From the NCBI GenBank assembly GCA_002104945.1, contig MCFH01000006.1, forward strand, positions 124,001 through 188,000: DNA of 64,000 bases, in the 5' to 3' direction. The notes beneath the pieces were generated by a model that searched no databases, was not told the DNA's origin, and was given only the letters and a program-made list of their open reading frames with translations. The stretch's first letter is position 1. The number at the start of each line of letters is the position of its first letter. Below are positions 27,777 through 42,717 of this stretch, one piece after another. A program made the position numbers and the translations under genes. The DNA comes from Piromyces finnis finn (lineage: Eukaryota; Fungi; Neocallimastigomycota).

Positions 27777-28552
27777 TATAGGATAAATATAATCAAAATA
27801 CATTCGGATAATAATTAGCAAGAAAAAAAAAATTTGTTTTTCATAAAAAAAGAAACTTTATCCAAAATATTATTTTAATAAAATTAAAAATGAAATGATT
27901 TATTTTATATGTATTAAAATCTATTTTTTATTATTGTTTTTTTTTAAAAAAAAAAAAAATCCGACTATTATCATTATTATTATTATTTATTATTATTATT
28001 ATTTAATAATACATCAGTAAGAAAATATATATATATAAATATATTACCTTTAAATAAATATTATATAAAAACTTAAATATAAAAGTCATAGTAAAAAATA
28101 TATTTGCTTTATGTTCATTTGTCATTTTTATTATTTAAATTCGGATTATTTTATATAAAATAAAAGTAATACTATTCAATATTGTTATTACAAATTACAA
28201 TAAATTAAATAATTAAGAAAGAAAGAAAATAAAAAAAAAAAAAAAAGAAAGAAAATAAAAAATGAAAAAGAAAGAAAATGAAAAAGAGAAAAATAACAAA
28301 AAATATTAAAAAAAAAAAAAGTTTTTAAAATTTAGATAGTAACAATAATAATTGATAATAAAATAAAAAAATTAAAAAAAAAAAAGGAGGAAAATTAACT
28401 TTTATTTTAAGTATCTATTATTATTATGAATGAGTTTATTAATTATAAAAAAACCAAAATATATTAAGAATAAAAAAAAAAAAAAAAAAGAAAATAAGAA
28501 CTAAATAGTATTCTAATATTATATTTTATTCTAAATTCTAAATTTCTATATT

Positions 28553-31167
28553 TTAATAATAATAAATAATGTTATTATTATTGTTGTTATTGTTGTTATT
28601 GTTAATATTGGTATTACTAAGATTTTGATCATTTTTTGGTATTTGTGGATTAACAATATTTTGATTAATAATTGTTGATGGTAGGGGTTGTTGAATAATT
28701 TGTAATGGTTCACCATTAGAATTAAAAGTATTTAAATTTTGAATAGTATTAACATGATTTATATAATTTGGTTGAATATAATTTGCTGGAAGAGAAGAAC
28801 CTTTAGCTAAAGTAAATGAATTGTTTGATATTTGAATTGAAGTTGTAGGAGGCATATTAATCACATTTTGGTTTTGAATAGTAATATTTTGTGGAAATTG
28901 AAAATTAGCGTTACTATTTATGGATGAATGTCCTTGATTAGGAGTGGCCAAGATTTGTAATTGTGGATTATTTAATGAATTATCTACATATAAAGAACCT
29001 TGAGTTTGTATCACTAATTGTGAGGATGATTGAATTGGATAAGATCTTGTTCTTCTATATGTTTGCATATTGGATGAATAAAGTCTTTGTGAATTTTGAA
29101 GAGTATTTATTGTCTGGGATGAATCTTGAGCCATGGAATGATGATAATTCATTATTGGAGAAGGATTCAATGTATTGATTGTATTAATTTTATTAGAAAT
29201 TGATAACGAACCATGTTTTGTCATATTTATATTTGTTAGTTGAGGATTTATAGAATTAACAGAAACATTAATAGAATTAGGTGATGGTGAATTTATTGGT
29301 GTAGCTACAGGGGTTGTTATTGGTCCTTTAGGAGGATGTTGAACTATAATTTGTTGTATATTGTTTTTTGTTTGTTGAAGTTGAACTGGAGATGATTCTT
29401 GAATTTGAACAGGTATATTTTGTATTGGTAATTTAGCAGAATGACTATCTAAAATATTAGATTCAGGAGGAGTTGATATGGGTATCGTTTTTACTGAATA
29501 TTGCAATGATGCATTATTCATGTTTTGATTATTATTTGAAGATAATGTAGATATATTTGCTAACATTAAATTATCTGGAGTGGTTATTTGATTAGTATTA
29601 TTTGATGAAAGTTTTAAAGGAGTTCCTATACTAAGATCCATAGGTTCATTAGTATTAGCAATGGGATTAAATAATGAAGAATGTTGAGTAGTTGAAATTG
29701 AAGCAATAGTAGATGGAATATCTATTGTTTTATTTAAATTAAGATTTTTATCAGTAATTGGATGAGATATACCATTCGAAGAATTAATTGATGAATTGTT
29801 GTTATTGTGTAAATCTATCATAGTATTGGAAATTAATTTATTTTTATTACCATTACTATTATCATTATTATCATCCTTGTCACTTTTATTATTTGTTGAG
29901 ATTTTATTTAATGATAAAATTGATTCACCAGAATTTAATTTTTGCTTTTTATTTGATAAATTTGAATCATCAAGATATTCAAATGGGACTTCTGACTTAT
30001 TTACTTTATATGACGTATGATTAATTGATCCAGAATTAGAAGTATACTTTAATGAAGTAGATAATATATTATCATTAAAACTATATTTATTATTTGTATT
30101 ATGTGTATTAATATTAATATTGGTATTATTGTTATTTTTAGCATTATTTGTATTCTTATCATTGTCCTTATTATTAATATCATCATTACCATCATTGTCA
30201 TTATTTTTATTATCATCATTTTTACTATTACTATTATTATTATCCTCTGTTTCTAAAGTATGTTTATCAATTATATTCTTTTTAATTTTATTTCTTTTAT
30301 TTTTATTATCATTAATAGTATCATTTTTTATTAACATATATTTGTTACTTTTTTTATCTATTAACTTTTTTTCATTTCTTATAATGCTTTCTTTTTTAAT
30401 CTCTTTATTCCTTGATACTTCTAATTCATATTTTAATCTTTCATTCTCTTTTACAAGTATTGATATTCTTTTATATAAAGAATTAATCTCATTTTTATAT
30501 ACTTCTTCAGAATTTGTTTTATTTTGACTGTGTGATTCTTCTAATTGTTTTTTTAACGAATCAATGTACTCTATAATAAATATATATTTTAAAATAATAA
30601 ATAATTTAAAAAAATTATATTTAAAAAGCCAAATTCAAAAATAATGGTCAAATTATTAAAGATATAATTAATAATTAATATACCTATTGCTTTACACATT
30701 ATCGTTATTGTTGAAGATTTTTTTGTATTTATAAGAGGAAGACGATTTTTTAATTCTTCTAATTTAGATTTTTGATATACCCTACGTTTTCTTTCCAACG
30801 CATTATGATTTTCTCTCTTTATTCTCCTGTGTTTTTTAATATTAATTATTAATTTTTTTTTATATCATATGAGCAAGAAATGTTTAAAATAAAAACTTAT
30901 TATTAAATGCAATACATACAAATCCCTATCTCTTGTTGATTTTTCATCATCAGAATCATCTTTTTCATCTACATCGTCCATTTTATCCTTTTCTTTAGAA
31001 TCTACATCCTCTTTCAATTCGGAATCAATATTATCTTTGGATTCTTTATTAATGTTTAAAGAAGTTTCATTATAATTTAAAAATGAGGTTTCTGTTTCCA
31101 ATGATGAAACAGAATTGATGTTTTCGTTAGTAGATGATAATGTCGTATTTATTGGTGGTGTTGTCAT
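28553..31167 (-). CDS. Max/Myc-like bHLH-ZIP transcription factor with long N/Q/S-rich C-terminus; exons 30920..31167, 30684..30826, 28553..30570
   Basis: Phases are consistent. Spliced product reads RDLRIKRENHNALERKRRVYQKSKLEELKNRLPL...STITIMCKAIEYIDSLKKQLEE followed by a heptad-like segment. Confidence 0.8.
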
Positions 31168-34100
31168 TTTTCTTAATTTTACTTTAGTTTTTTTTTTTTT
31201 TTTTTTTTTTTTGGATATACTTTTAATATCTCCTATTATATTTCTTTTTTTCTAATAGATGATTTTGGTAAATTTATAGTAGTTAATTCATCTAATAATA
31301 TATTCTTAACTTCATTATGTTTAATATATATTTAATAATTTCTGTATTGAAATTGAAAATTTCTTTGTATTTTATTGTCTCGTTTCTAGGTTACTATATG
31401 CTTTTTATATAATATATAATTGAAAAATAAAAATCATTAAGTCAATATTTCTATTGGATTAAAATAGTTATATTAAATAAAGTTACATAAAAAATCAAAA
31501 AGTATATTATTTATTTAAAAAAAAAAAAAAGAAAAAAGAAATAAAATAAAATATTTTATATATATATATATTCAATAATATAGTGTATATAATTCTACTT
31601 TATTATTACTATTATTATTGTTGTTGTGTTATATATATTCAGTTTGCCTTATATGAATTTTTGGGTATTATAAAAAAAAAGAAAAGAAAGAAATTTTATT
31701 AATTGTAATATTAAGATCCTTTTCACATTTCACATATATATATTCTTTGTAATAAAATTTAAAATAATATTATAATTATTTTCCAATTAAATGTATATGA
31801 TTTAATTTTATGTTTTATAAAGTGCATTTTCTTATTTTATAAAAAAATTTCCCTTTTACTTTTTCTTTGTTGAAATTTCATATTCTCTTATAAAATGTTA
31901 ACAATATAGTAAATAATTTTTCTCATAAAGTATATAATAATATCGATATTACTTTTTTTTAGGAAAATAATATTTATATTCTTTTTCAAAATTATTAATA
32001 GGAATTTTAAAATATTTTAAAATGAATTGAATATCAATAAATTTCATATTATGAGTATATTAAGTATCTTTATTATTGTTGCTCATTTATATTTTAGAAA
32101 ATATTACTATCTTTTATTCTACTAAAAAAAAGTGTTTTGTATGAAAACTCTCTCTTTATTCAAATTCTCAAATGCATTGTTATTTTTCTTAAAATCTTTG
32201 AATTAAAATATTTTATAATTTTTATTACATTAAATATTTGATATTTCTTTTTATTATTATTAATTTTGCCTTTCAGTAAATGTAATTTTAGGTATTTAAA
32301 TAATATTTGAATTTATCAATTTACTTTATTCTATTTTAATGAAAATCTTAATTGAAATACAGTAGAAATATGAATATAAAAAAAATAATAATTATAATAT
32401 ATATTTAAAAACTGGAGTTTTGATAAAAAAAAAAATCAAAGTTTTTTACTTGGGATATATAAATTGTTTTTATATACAAAATATTTCTTCATATATAAAA
32501 AATGCATTTTATATAATTGATTAATTTATTTAAATATATTTTATATTTAAATAAATATATTTAATGACATTTAATGTTATGTAAATTCTATATAATAATA
32601 ATATATATATAAAGGTTTTTTTTTATTGACTTTTTGATTTTTAATATATATCGTGGATGTGGTTGTTGTTTACTTCTTAGTATTATAATTTCAATTTATT
32701 ATAATATATAGCTAATATATCATCACATTTAATATAATATATTATTATTATTTGATTTTACATATCACCAATATTAAATATTTTTTAATGTTGTTAAATA
32801 AATTTCACAAAATCTATATTTGTCAATTTTGATTAATACATTTATTATATAATATATAATATAATATAATTAAATATATGTAGGTATAATAATTTTCTAT
32901 TGTTTATTTTAATATATTTAATATATAACTTTAATTTATATTAAAACAATTATTTAATATTTTGTGTTTTTTTTCTTATTTTAATATCTACATTTTTTCT
33001 TTTATAAAATTATATTATTTACAGTTTATTAATGAGTTTTTGGAATTTCTACGATTCTTTTTTTTTACTATTATTATTCTATAAAAATTACTATTTATTA
33101 ATATATATAATTTTATATAGCCAAAAACTATTAAAATATTTAGCTTTTATTATTAATAAATAGAAATAATATATTAATAATTAAAATAGAAAAAAAACTA
33201 CATATTACATATACTTTAAATATAAAATGAATCATAAAATTAATAACAATAGAATATGTAACATTAAACATTGTAAAATTTGGCTAATTTGCAATGTAAT
33301 CCATTAAACTATTTTACAAATATTACAATAGAATAATATTCTATAAATTTTAGCATTTAACAGAAATTTGATATTCATAAATATCTAAAAATTATAACTA
33401 CATATCCAATTATGATAGAAAGAGTAATTATACAATTGACATAATAAAAAAATTTTCATCAAGAAAACATAAAATAATTGAAACGAATAACCAATTATTA
33501 TTGTTGGTTTAATTATTACTTTATAAATTAATTTCTATATTTATATTATATCCATTATATATTATAAAAGTAAAATATTTCCTTATAATACTCCAAATAA
33601 AAATTATTAAAATTTAATGAAAAAAAAACATGTTATAGTATAAATATATTTATTCATCACAATAATAAATATTCTCCTTGTGGTTATTATTACTTATTTC
33701 CTGTGATTATATAGTCAATGTTTATTTTTAAATAAAATATATTTTATTTAAAATTATCCTTAATTCATCATTTAATTTAATTTGGGATTGATCTTGTGTA
33801 TATTTACACTAAAATAGATATATATTATTAATAAGTATTATAATATAATCGTAGATTAATATAATTTATATAAAATACTAATTCCAAACTAAATAAATTA
33901 TATTAATAAATCTCTCTTCCATAAAAAAAAATTAATTTTAATATATTTGCAAAATATAGTTAAATTAAATTATTATGAAAATTGATGTAACATTTTATGT
34001 AGGTTATATTGAAAATTTATTATTATATTATTAAAACATTAAAAGTGGTTTAGGAATCTTAGAAAACATTAGTTATAATTTTATTATTATAAATTATAAA

Positions 34101-37100
34101 TACTCAAATTATAAATTCACAATGAAGTAGATTTATAACGTCATCATAAAATAGTTATAACTTTGAGCAAGTATTCTTAGAAAATACTATTTTGAAAAAA
34201 AAATTTTAATTAAAAATGAGGATCTTCAATAAATGATGATTAAAATGAAAATTTAAATTAATATGTCTATATTTGTATAAATTGTTAATTTATATATGTT
34301 ACACAGCCATATGCTTTTTTTAATTATTTTTTTTTGTTTATATTATTAATGATATATATTTATTATACTTTAATATATGTAACAGTTGTATATATATTCA
34401 TGATAAATAAAATGATAGCATAAAAAAATACTTTTCTTTTTTTTTTCCAGTTATTGTTTTTATTATTTTATAAAGTTTTAATTTAATATTTATTAAAGTA
34501 TTGAAACAATCTGTATAACAAAGGAGCTTTTTTAAATTAATAAATATAAATTGAAAATTTAATATTATTATTATTTAAGGATAATTTGTATCACTAAAGC
34601 ACATGCATAAATATAATTTATCAATTCATTTGAGCCATATTACAAATATAAGTACAAAAATGAAAAAAAAAATTTTAATATTGTATGTTAGTTACACCTT
34701 TATTTAAATAAATAATAGTATATATTAATTTATGCTATTAAATATAAACGATTATAATAGTATTTTAATTATTTTTCTTACTATTATTTTCCTTTTTTTA
34801 TATGATAAAAGATAATGTATATCATTATATTGATTATTTAGAAAATAGTTTTATTATTTAAATATTGTATAATATATAATGCATTTTTATATTTTAACGT
34901 TATAACATTTAAAAAATTCTAAATGATATATAGTTAAATGACTCTTTTTTTATAATTATTTAAAAAGATCTACAAATATAAGAATATAATAATAATTAAT
35001 TTTTTTTTTTAATGTGAGAAGATGAGAAAAAAAAAGATTTTTAAAATATAAACTTAAAATATAAAAATTTCCAAAATATTTTCCGATTTCAATTAAAATT
35101 AGAGTTATAGAAATGGTAAACTTTAATAATAAAAAAAAGGTTATAATTTTTTGAAATTAACATTATCTTTACATTAACCTTAAATGATATAATTATCTCT
35201 TTTTTTATTTTGTAAAAATAAATCTTAGTAAACTCATTCCTAATTAAAAGAGTAAACAAACTTCTAATTAAATTAGTTGATTATATTTGAAATATATTTT
35301 AATATATTTCAATTGCATAATATCATAATATAGCGTTACAAATAAAATATAGACTATGTCTCTTTTTTTTTATTTTTTTTTATTATTGCTGGTTATAGCT
35401 ACATCATTCTGTTGTTATGTTGTTATGTTGTTAATGCTACTTTTTTACTCCCAATATGTTTTGAAAATCATATTTTATTATGGGATAATGATATCTATAT
35501 TTAATTAAAATCAGTTTTTTTAATATATATAAATTGATTCTAATATATAAAAAAAAGGTTTTAAATTAAAACTTTATTTAATAATATTTTTATTATTTAA
35601 TAATGTTTTTATTATTTAATAATATATATAATACTATAAAATAAAAATTATTTTCATATATTATTAATCAAATACATTCAAAAAAAAAAGGTTCGGATGA
35701 TATATTTAAAAATACAAATATTAATATTTATAATGAGAAGAAGAAAGCAAAAGCAATAACTGGAAAAAAAAAACACAAAAACAACTATTATCATGTTTAA
35801 TAGTTATTAACATATTTATTATCAAGTTTATTATTATTAAGATTATTATTTAATAATATGTATTACTATTAATAATGAATTTATTTACTATTAATGTATT
35901 TATTATATTTTATAATCTATAAAATTAAAATATAAATAAATTTTATGATACTTATATAAGATAGAAATCATACTATATTCTTTACCTACGAATATATGTA
36001 GATAAAAACAATTTAATATAATATGTACTAAAGAAATTTATAACTAAAGCAGTGATTTAATAAAAAAAAAAGTTTTATTAGTAATTTAATTTATATCTTT
36101 TTTTTTTTTTTTTTTGAAATAACCAATTCTAAGTATTTAAATGTTAATATTATCTTACAGGCTTGGCTTGTAAAAAAAAAAAAAAAAAAGATAATTGCCT
36201 GATAAATTAATATTTATATAAATAAAAATTTAATTTATTATTCACTTGATTACAAAATATATTAAATATAAGTTAATATATATTAAATATAATTATTTAA
36301 GAATCTATTGTACTATTAAAAAATAAACCTTTTTTTTCTTTTTCTTTTTTAATATATGATGTATCAAAAATTTTACAATATCAGAAATTAATATTTAATT
36401 AATATATTGTGATACATTTTTATTAATATAAATATTTTCCATTTAATATAAATTAATGTAATTGAAACTGTATTTCATATACTTTTTATTTAATTCTATT
36501 ATAATTTTCCATGTTATGGAAAATTAAAAAATTAATTATATGACTATAATTAATAGCATTAAAATACAATATACTTATAAAATAAAGATAAATTTGTTAT
36601 TTATAAATAAATTATAATTATATCAAGCTTGCTATGTTTTTATAATGTGTGTAAACGAGATAAAATTCTATTTTAATTTTTATTTTTATTTTTATTTTAT
36701 ACAATAAAGTCTTATTATATTAAGGACATAAAAATTTATAATTAACCTTATATAAAATGAGGTATTAAAAGAAAATTTTTTTTATTGTTCTTAAAAATTA
36801 CAACATATGTTGAATTTGGTAATTTTTATAAATGCCAATATATATATGATCACTAGTATTATTAATCAAAAGAATAATTTATAAAAATTACAACATCCTT
36901 AATTCATTTTAAAGATATAAGAATTGGTTTTATCCATAGCAATTTTATTAACTACTTGGTATATAAACAATAAGTAGTGATATAAAATGATATAATGATT
37001 TCATATTTTAATTACATTTACATTTTCAAATAATAATTTCAATTGCTATCCTATCTTAAAATATATATATATGTATATATATAACATTTCATGATTGTCT

Positions 37101-38075
37101 AATTAATTATTCAATTAAAAAAAAAAAAGCCTTATAAAAATGTTGAATACTAGAGTATAAAAGTTATATATTATTCAAATTAATTATTGTTTTCATAATA
37201 TAAAAGAATTACATATCATTATTTCAAAAAAAATGATACATTTTAGAGTTGATGTTTTTATGATTATTCAATTTTTTATCCTATTAAATATTCATAATTC
37301 ATAAATCCATAAATATATTATCAAATATCGAAAGATCAAAAAACATAACATCTTAAATAAATTTTACTTTCTTTATAAATAATAAATATAAACATTATTA
37401 TTTAAAATAATAATAAAATATATAATATTAGAATAGTATAATATTAATAAAAAGTTTCTAATAATTATCCACTAATTATAATATCATAATATTATGAATT
37501 ATAATATTAAAAATTATAATAATAATAATAAAAAGCCATTTAATAATAATTAAAATATATTAACTTTAAAATTATTTTAATATAAATATTAAATATATTA
37601 AATATTTTTTATTATAATATACTATTTATATTATGGTATAAAAATTTTTATAATAATTTATTTCTATTTATACATTTTTGTTATTAATTAAAGTAATTAT
37701 TTAAATTTCTGCAAAATCAAAAATTACATATAAATGAAATGATAAGAAAGATGTTATGGAAATGTGTATTATATTAAATTAAAAGAATAAACATAAAAAT
37801 ATCATTTATTATAATTTAATGAGTATTTTATAAATTCATTTTTAAAATATACCTATGTTAATAATTTAAGAATCTTTTTTTTTTTTTTGTATATACCATT
37901 TTATTTGTAATAACATAATATAATATTTTGAATATATATACCTTTTTTTGTTTTGTTTTCTATTAAAAAATAATAGTGTACATTACTCTTGTTTATAAAT
38001 ATAATAAAATACTTATATTTTATTTAATTATATAATTCAAAATTTTAAATAAAAACTTCATGTAAAAAAAAAAAA

Positions 38076-41000
38076 ATGAAAAATATCTATTTATTGTTTT
38101 TATTTTATAAATTATATTTTTTATTATTTGTTAAAGCAATATATATACCCTATGGTCGATTAGAATGTGATATTCTTAAAACAATATACCAAGTTGATAA
38201 TTACAATAATTTTTATAATAATTTTTTAAAGTGGAAAAAAGGTGAAGACAAAAGCAATGATGAAAACGATGTATATATTAATATTATAAATAAGTTATAT
38301 AAAGAATGTTTAGTTGAACGACCATTAAAAAATATTAAATATGAGAGAAATATAAAAGAAATTTTTGAAAAAGGTAATATATAACTGTAATATTAATTAA
38401 TTTTAAATAGGTGTAAAATAAAACACATAAAAATGCTTTTTAAAATGTATAAATAGCAAATATGTTAAAATGTATTTTATTTTTCTAAAAAATATAATCA
38501 TATTAATAATATATTATAATAATAAAATATTATTTATATATATTGATATTTAACATTCTTTTTTAAAACTATTCCAACGTATATTTGTATAATCCATTTA
38601 AATAAATATTCTTCTATATTATTACTTTTACAATTTGGTACTACCATTGATAATTTTGATATTGATTTATTCTTTTGGGATTAATGGAATTCATTTAATT
38701 GAATAATAATATATATCAAATGGAATAACTATATTAATAATTTTGAATTCTTATAAATGGGTTTTTATTAATAATAACTAATTTTCAATTTTCATTATAA
38801 TGAAATTTCATTTTCTATAAACTTTTTTTTTTTTCATATTATTATTGGTGGTGATGGTGAAACTAAATAAATGTTTAATGTATAAATATAATATATATGA
38901 AATTTAAAAAAGAGAAGGAATTGAGAGAAAAGGAACGGAATGAAAAATTGACAGTTAATTTATTATCAAAGTCAACTACATTTTATTCCAATAAAGAATT
39001 TAAAGAACAGCTTAATATTTTAAATATACCTTTTCATTACAATTTAAATCAAATTTTAAAATGGTATTTACCTGTTAGCTATATAGATTTTACATATGAA
39101 AAGGAGTCTAGTAATTATATTGGATTTTTAGATATTTTACAAGATTCTCTTATACTGAAAAAAGAAATAAAAGAAAATGTATTTATACGTCAATCTCTTT
39201 GTCTCAAAAAAACTTATGAACAAATTTACTTAATATATGATGAAAATGAACTTGCTCGTATGAATTCCCAAAAAATATTGGACTTAGAGGAAGAAGAACA
39301 TCGAAATAATAAAGATAATTCTCATTCTCAACTTCATCTTCGAAACAATTTTAATCGCTTTATCAGTAATAATAAAGACCAAGAATGGACCAACAAATTA
39401 TTTAAAATGGACGATGATAATATCATGAATTGGCCTACAAAATTTTACAATGAAATTATTAAAGTATTTAATTTTTCAGATAAAAATAAAGAGGAAAAAG
39501 AAAAAGAAAAATATAAAGAAAATGTGAATAAAGAACAGGATGAAATTCATTCAAATAAAAATCATTTAGAGGATTCGAAAATCACCAATAATAGCAGTAC
39601 TAATGATAATTCTGATAATTCTACAAATAGTATCATTAACAATAATAATAATAATGATAATAATAATAATGATAATAATAATGATAATAATAATAATAAT
39701 AATATCAATAATAATAATAATAGCAATAACAAGAAATTAAATGAATTTAATAAAGAATCCACATTAGAAAAATTAAAAGAAATGGAAGATTATGTTCATT
39801 ATCAAGAAAAATTTTCTGGTAATGCATGCAAAAATGAATACTATTATTTCAATAATGAGGAATATTTTAAAAGATTATTTGATCAAAAACTAACTTGTTC
39901 AATTCGTTTAGAAGATAAATTAAAGATTAAGTCAAATGAAAAGAACAAAATTAATATTAACAACAATAGTAATAGTAATAATAAAAGCAATTATAATAAT
40001 AATAAAAATATCAATGATAATAATAACAATAAGCATGTTATTAATGAAGTTGTGAAAGAAAGAATGCAAACAATAGAATTATTAGAAAAAATATATAGTC
40101 AAAAAAATGAAGAAGATGATATTATATCTACTACTACAATTGATTCATCATATCAAGAATCAGACAAGGAAGATAAAAGTAATTATAGTATTTCTTCTTC
40201 AGAAGGACCAATGGAGACGCCAAATGTTATAGATGATAAAAAAGGTAATGATGAAGATTTTATTTCATCACTAATGGAAGAAAAGGTAACCGCAACAACA
40301 ACTTTATTTGAGCAATCTGATGAAAAAAAGGATCATCAAGAAAAGGATATTAATGTAACACAAACTCCTAATAATCAAGATCATCAGAATAGCAATGAAG
40401 AAACTTCCTCATTTATTAAAGATAAAGAAAACATAAAATATGAAATACCTACAACAGAAAATGAAGACAAAGTAGAAAAAGAAAAAGATACCCAATTGGT
40501 AGATGAAGTAAATGAAGAAAAAGAAGAAATTACAACAGGTATAGATATTGATGATAAAAAAGAAAAAGAGACAATTGAAAATGAAAATCTTAATATTAAC
40601 GAAAGTGAAAAAGAATACTATGACAATAACGTAGAAAACAAAACAAATATTATTAATAATAAAAACGAAACAGAATCTGAAAAAATAAATACACAATCCA
40701 CATCTGGAGAAAATGAAAAAAATAGTAATAAAAGTAGTAACTCTAAATGTAAGTCAATATGTTGTTTTATCTTTATTTTTTTTTTTTAATTATTCTACTA
40801 TTTTGTTTATTTCTATAAATTTAATATATTTATAAAAATATTAAAAGCTATAAAATAAAATATACATATTTGTTAATATTAATTGTTCACATTAATATAT
40901 CAATAGATAAAAACAGATTCTTATCATACTTTTTACGAGATGGTCAAAGTAAAGTTAAAAAACCTAAGCCAATTCCCTCAATGGAAGATGATATTATTTA

Positions 41001-41406
41001 CTCTGTTAAAGATTTAAAATTAACAGGAAAGGAACATTTTAATTTTGCATCATTAGATTGTGCAGCAGCTGTTTTAAAATCAAATCCTGAATTAAAAATG
41101 GCTAATGCCATTTTAAATGAATCTAAGGATTCTTATTCCAATAATATATGTCAAGCAAAGGAGAAATTTGTCATTATAGAACTCTGTGAAGATATTCTTA
41201 TTGATCGTATCATCTTAGGTAATTTTGAATATTTTTCATCAATGTATAAAGATGTTAAGGTTTCAATTTCTTCTCGATATCCTCCAAAAGATGGTCATTG
41301 GAAACTGTTGGCATTTTTAAGGGCAACAAATTCAAGAGATATTCAAGTAAGTAAATGAATAAAAAAAAAAATTTTTTTTTATTAAAAGTTGATACTTTAT
41401 AATAAT

Positions 41407-41461
<55 letters not shown>

Positions 41462-42679
41462 TATATAATAAAATAATATGTTAGGTATTTAAAATTAAAA
41501 AGCCATTAAGTTATGTTAAATATGTACGATTTGACTTTTTATCTTATTATGGATACGAATATTTTTGCCCATTAAGTTTAATTAGAATTCATGGTCGTAC
41601 AATGATGGATGAATTTATTGAAGACGAAGGAAAATTAGAAGAAGAAGTTATTATTGAAACACCAACTTATCCATATTTACAGCCTGGTCATCCTTTCTTA
41701 ACACTTCCTTCATCATCTAATTCTCATGAATCTAGTCCATTTGAAGATGCATTCCCCTTCCTTAGTTCAGATTCTTTCTTGAGTGACACTTCCTCTAATA
41801 GTAAAGTTCAAACTAATAGCCGTGTTACTTCACATTCTAAATCTTCAACCTCCACCTCATCATCTTCTACCAAAGGAGATAATTCTGACAAAGGAAGTAC
41901 TAACATTAATCTTTTTTCCCTTTTTGTTAAACAGTATAACAATCAATTAATTACCAATAAAAATGATTATTCATATGAAACATCTCCAACTACTAGAGCA
42001 ACTCGTCAAACAAAAACAAATCCATCAACTACCACAACTCCAAATGACATAGAAGAAGAACTAACAAATGAATCCAATATAAATAATTCTAATGAAGAAG
42101 AAGATGATGATAAAGTAAATAATGATAATGAAAACCAACCTCCGTTACATGAAAGTGTATTTAAAACAATCATGAGACGTTTAACTGCACTGGAAAGAAA
42201 TACAACACTATCTTTCAAATATTTAGAAGAACAAGGGAAAATATTTAATCAATATATTCTTTATCTTAATAAAAAACAACAAACCTCTTTAAAACAACTC
42301 ATCAAAGACAACAATATGATGTACGATAATAATTTACATGCATTGGTAATAATCATTTCTATTTCTAATATATGATAGGATATAACAATTTTCTTCTCTT
42401 TATATATTTTTATTTATTTATTTATTTATTATTTTTGATAGAAAAATGAATTTGATAGCAATTGGAAAGAAATGTGGAATGAACTTCAAATTAATAAGCA
42501 AATTTATTATGATACCATTAAGCAAATTGCATTTAAAATCGAAAATATTGAGCAATCTGTAAGGACTATTTTTAAAAGTTTAATATATATTTACCTCATT
42601 ATTCTTTATTTATTAATTTTAATTTTGATGATATAATTTTCTATATCTGTATTTAAATTATAAATATGAATATCAAAAA

Positions 42680-42717
<38 letters not shown>

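Noticed and set aside
33680-33815. Possible fifth retroposon remnant on the minus strand (ttagtgtaaat..acacaagatc; ttgactata)
   Set aside because: Short matches with inconsistent spacing in AT-rich DNA.
33960-34250. Fossil LINE RT (LYY*NIKSGLGILE resembling the GGLG motif)
   Set aside because: Support is a single short motif with stops; not distinguishable from chance without a search.
38560-38890. Separate small gene or extra exon between the signal-peptide exon and the large SUN-gene exon
   Set aside because: No consistent open frame with splice sites could be established by eye.
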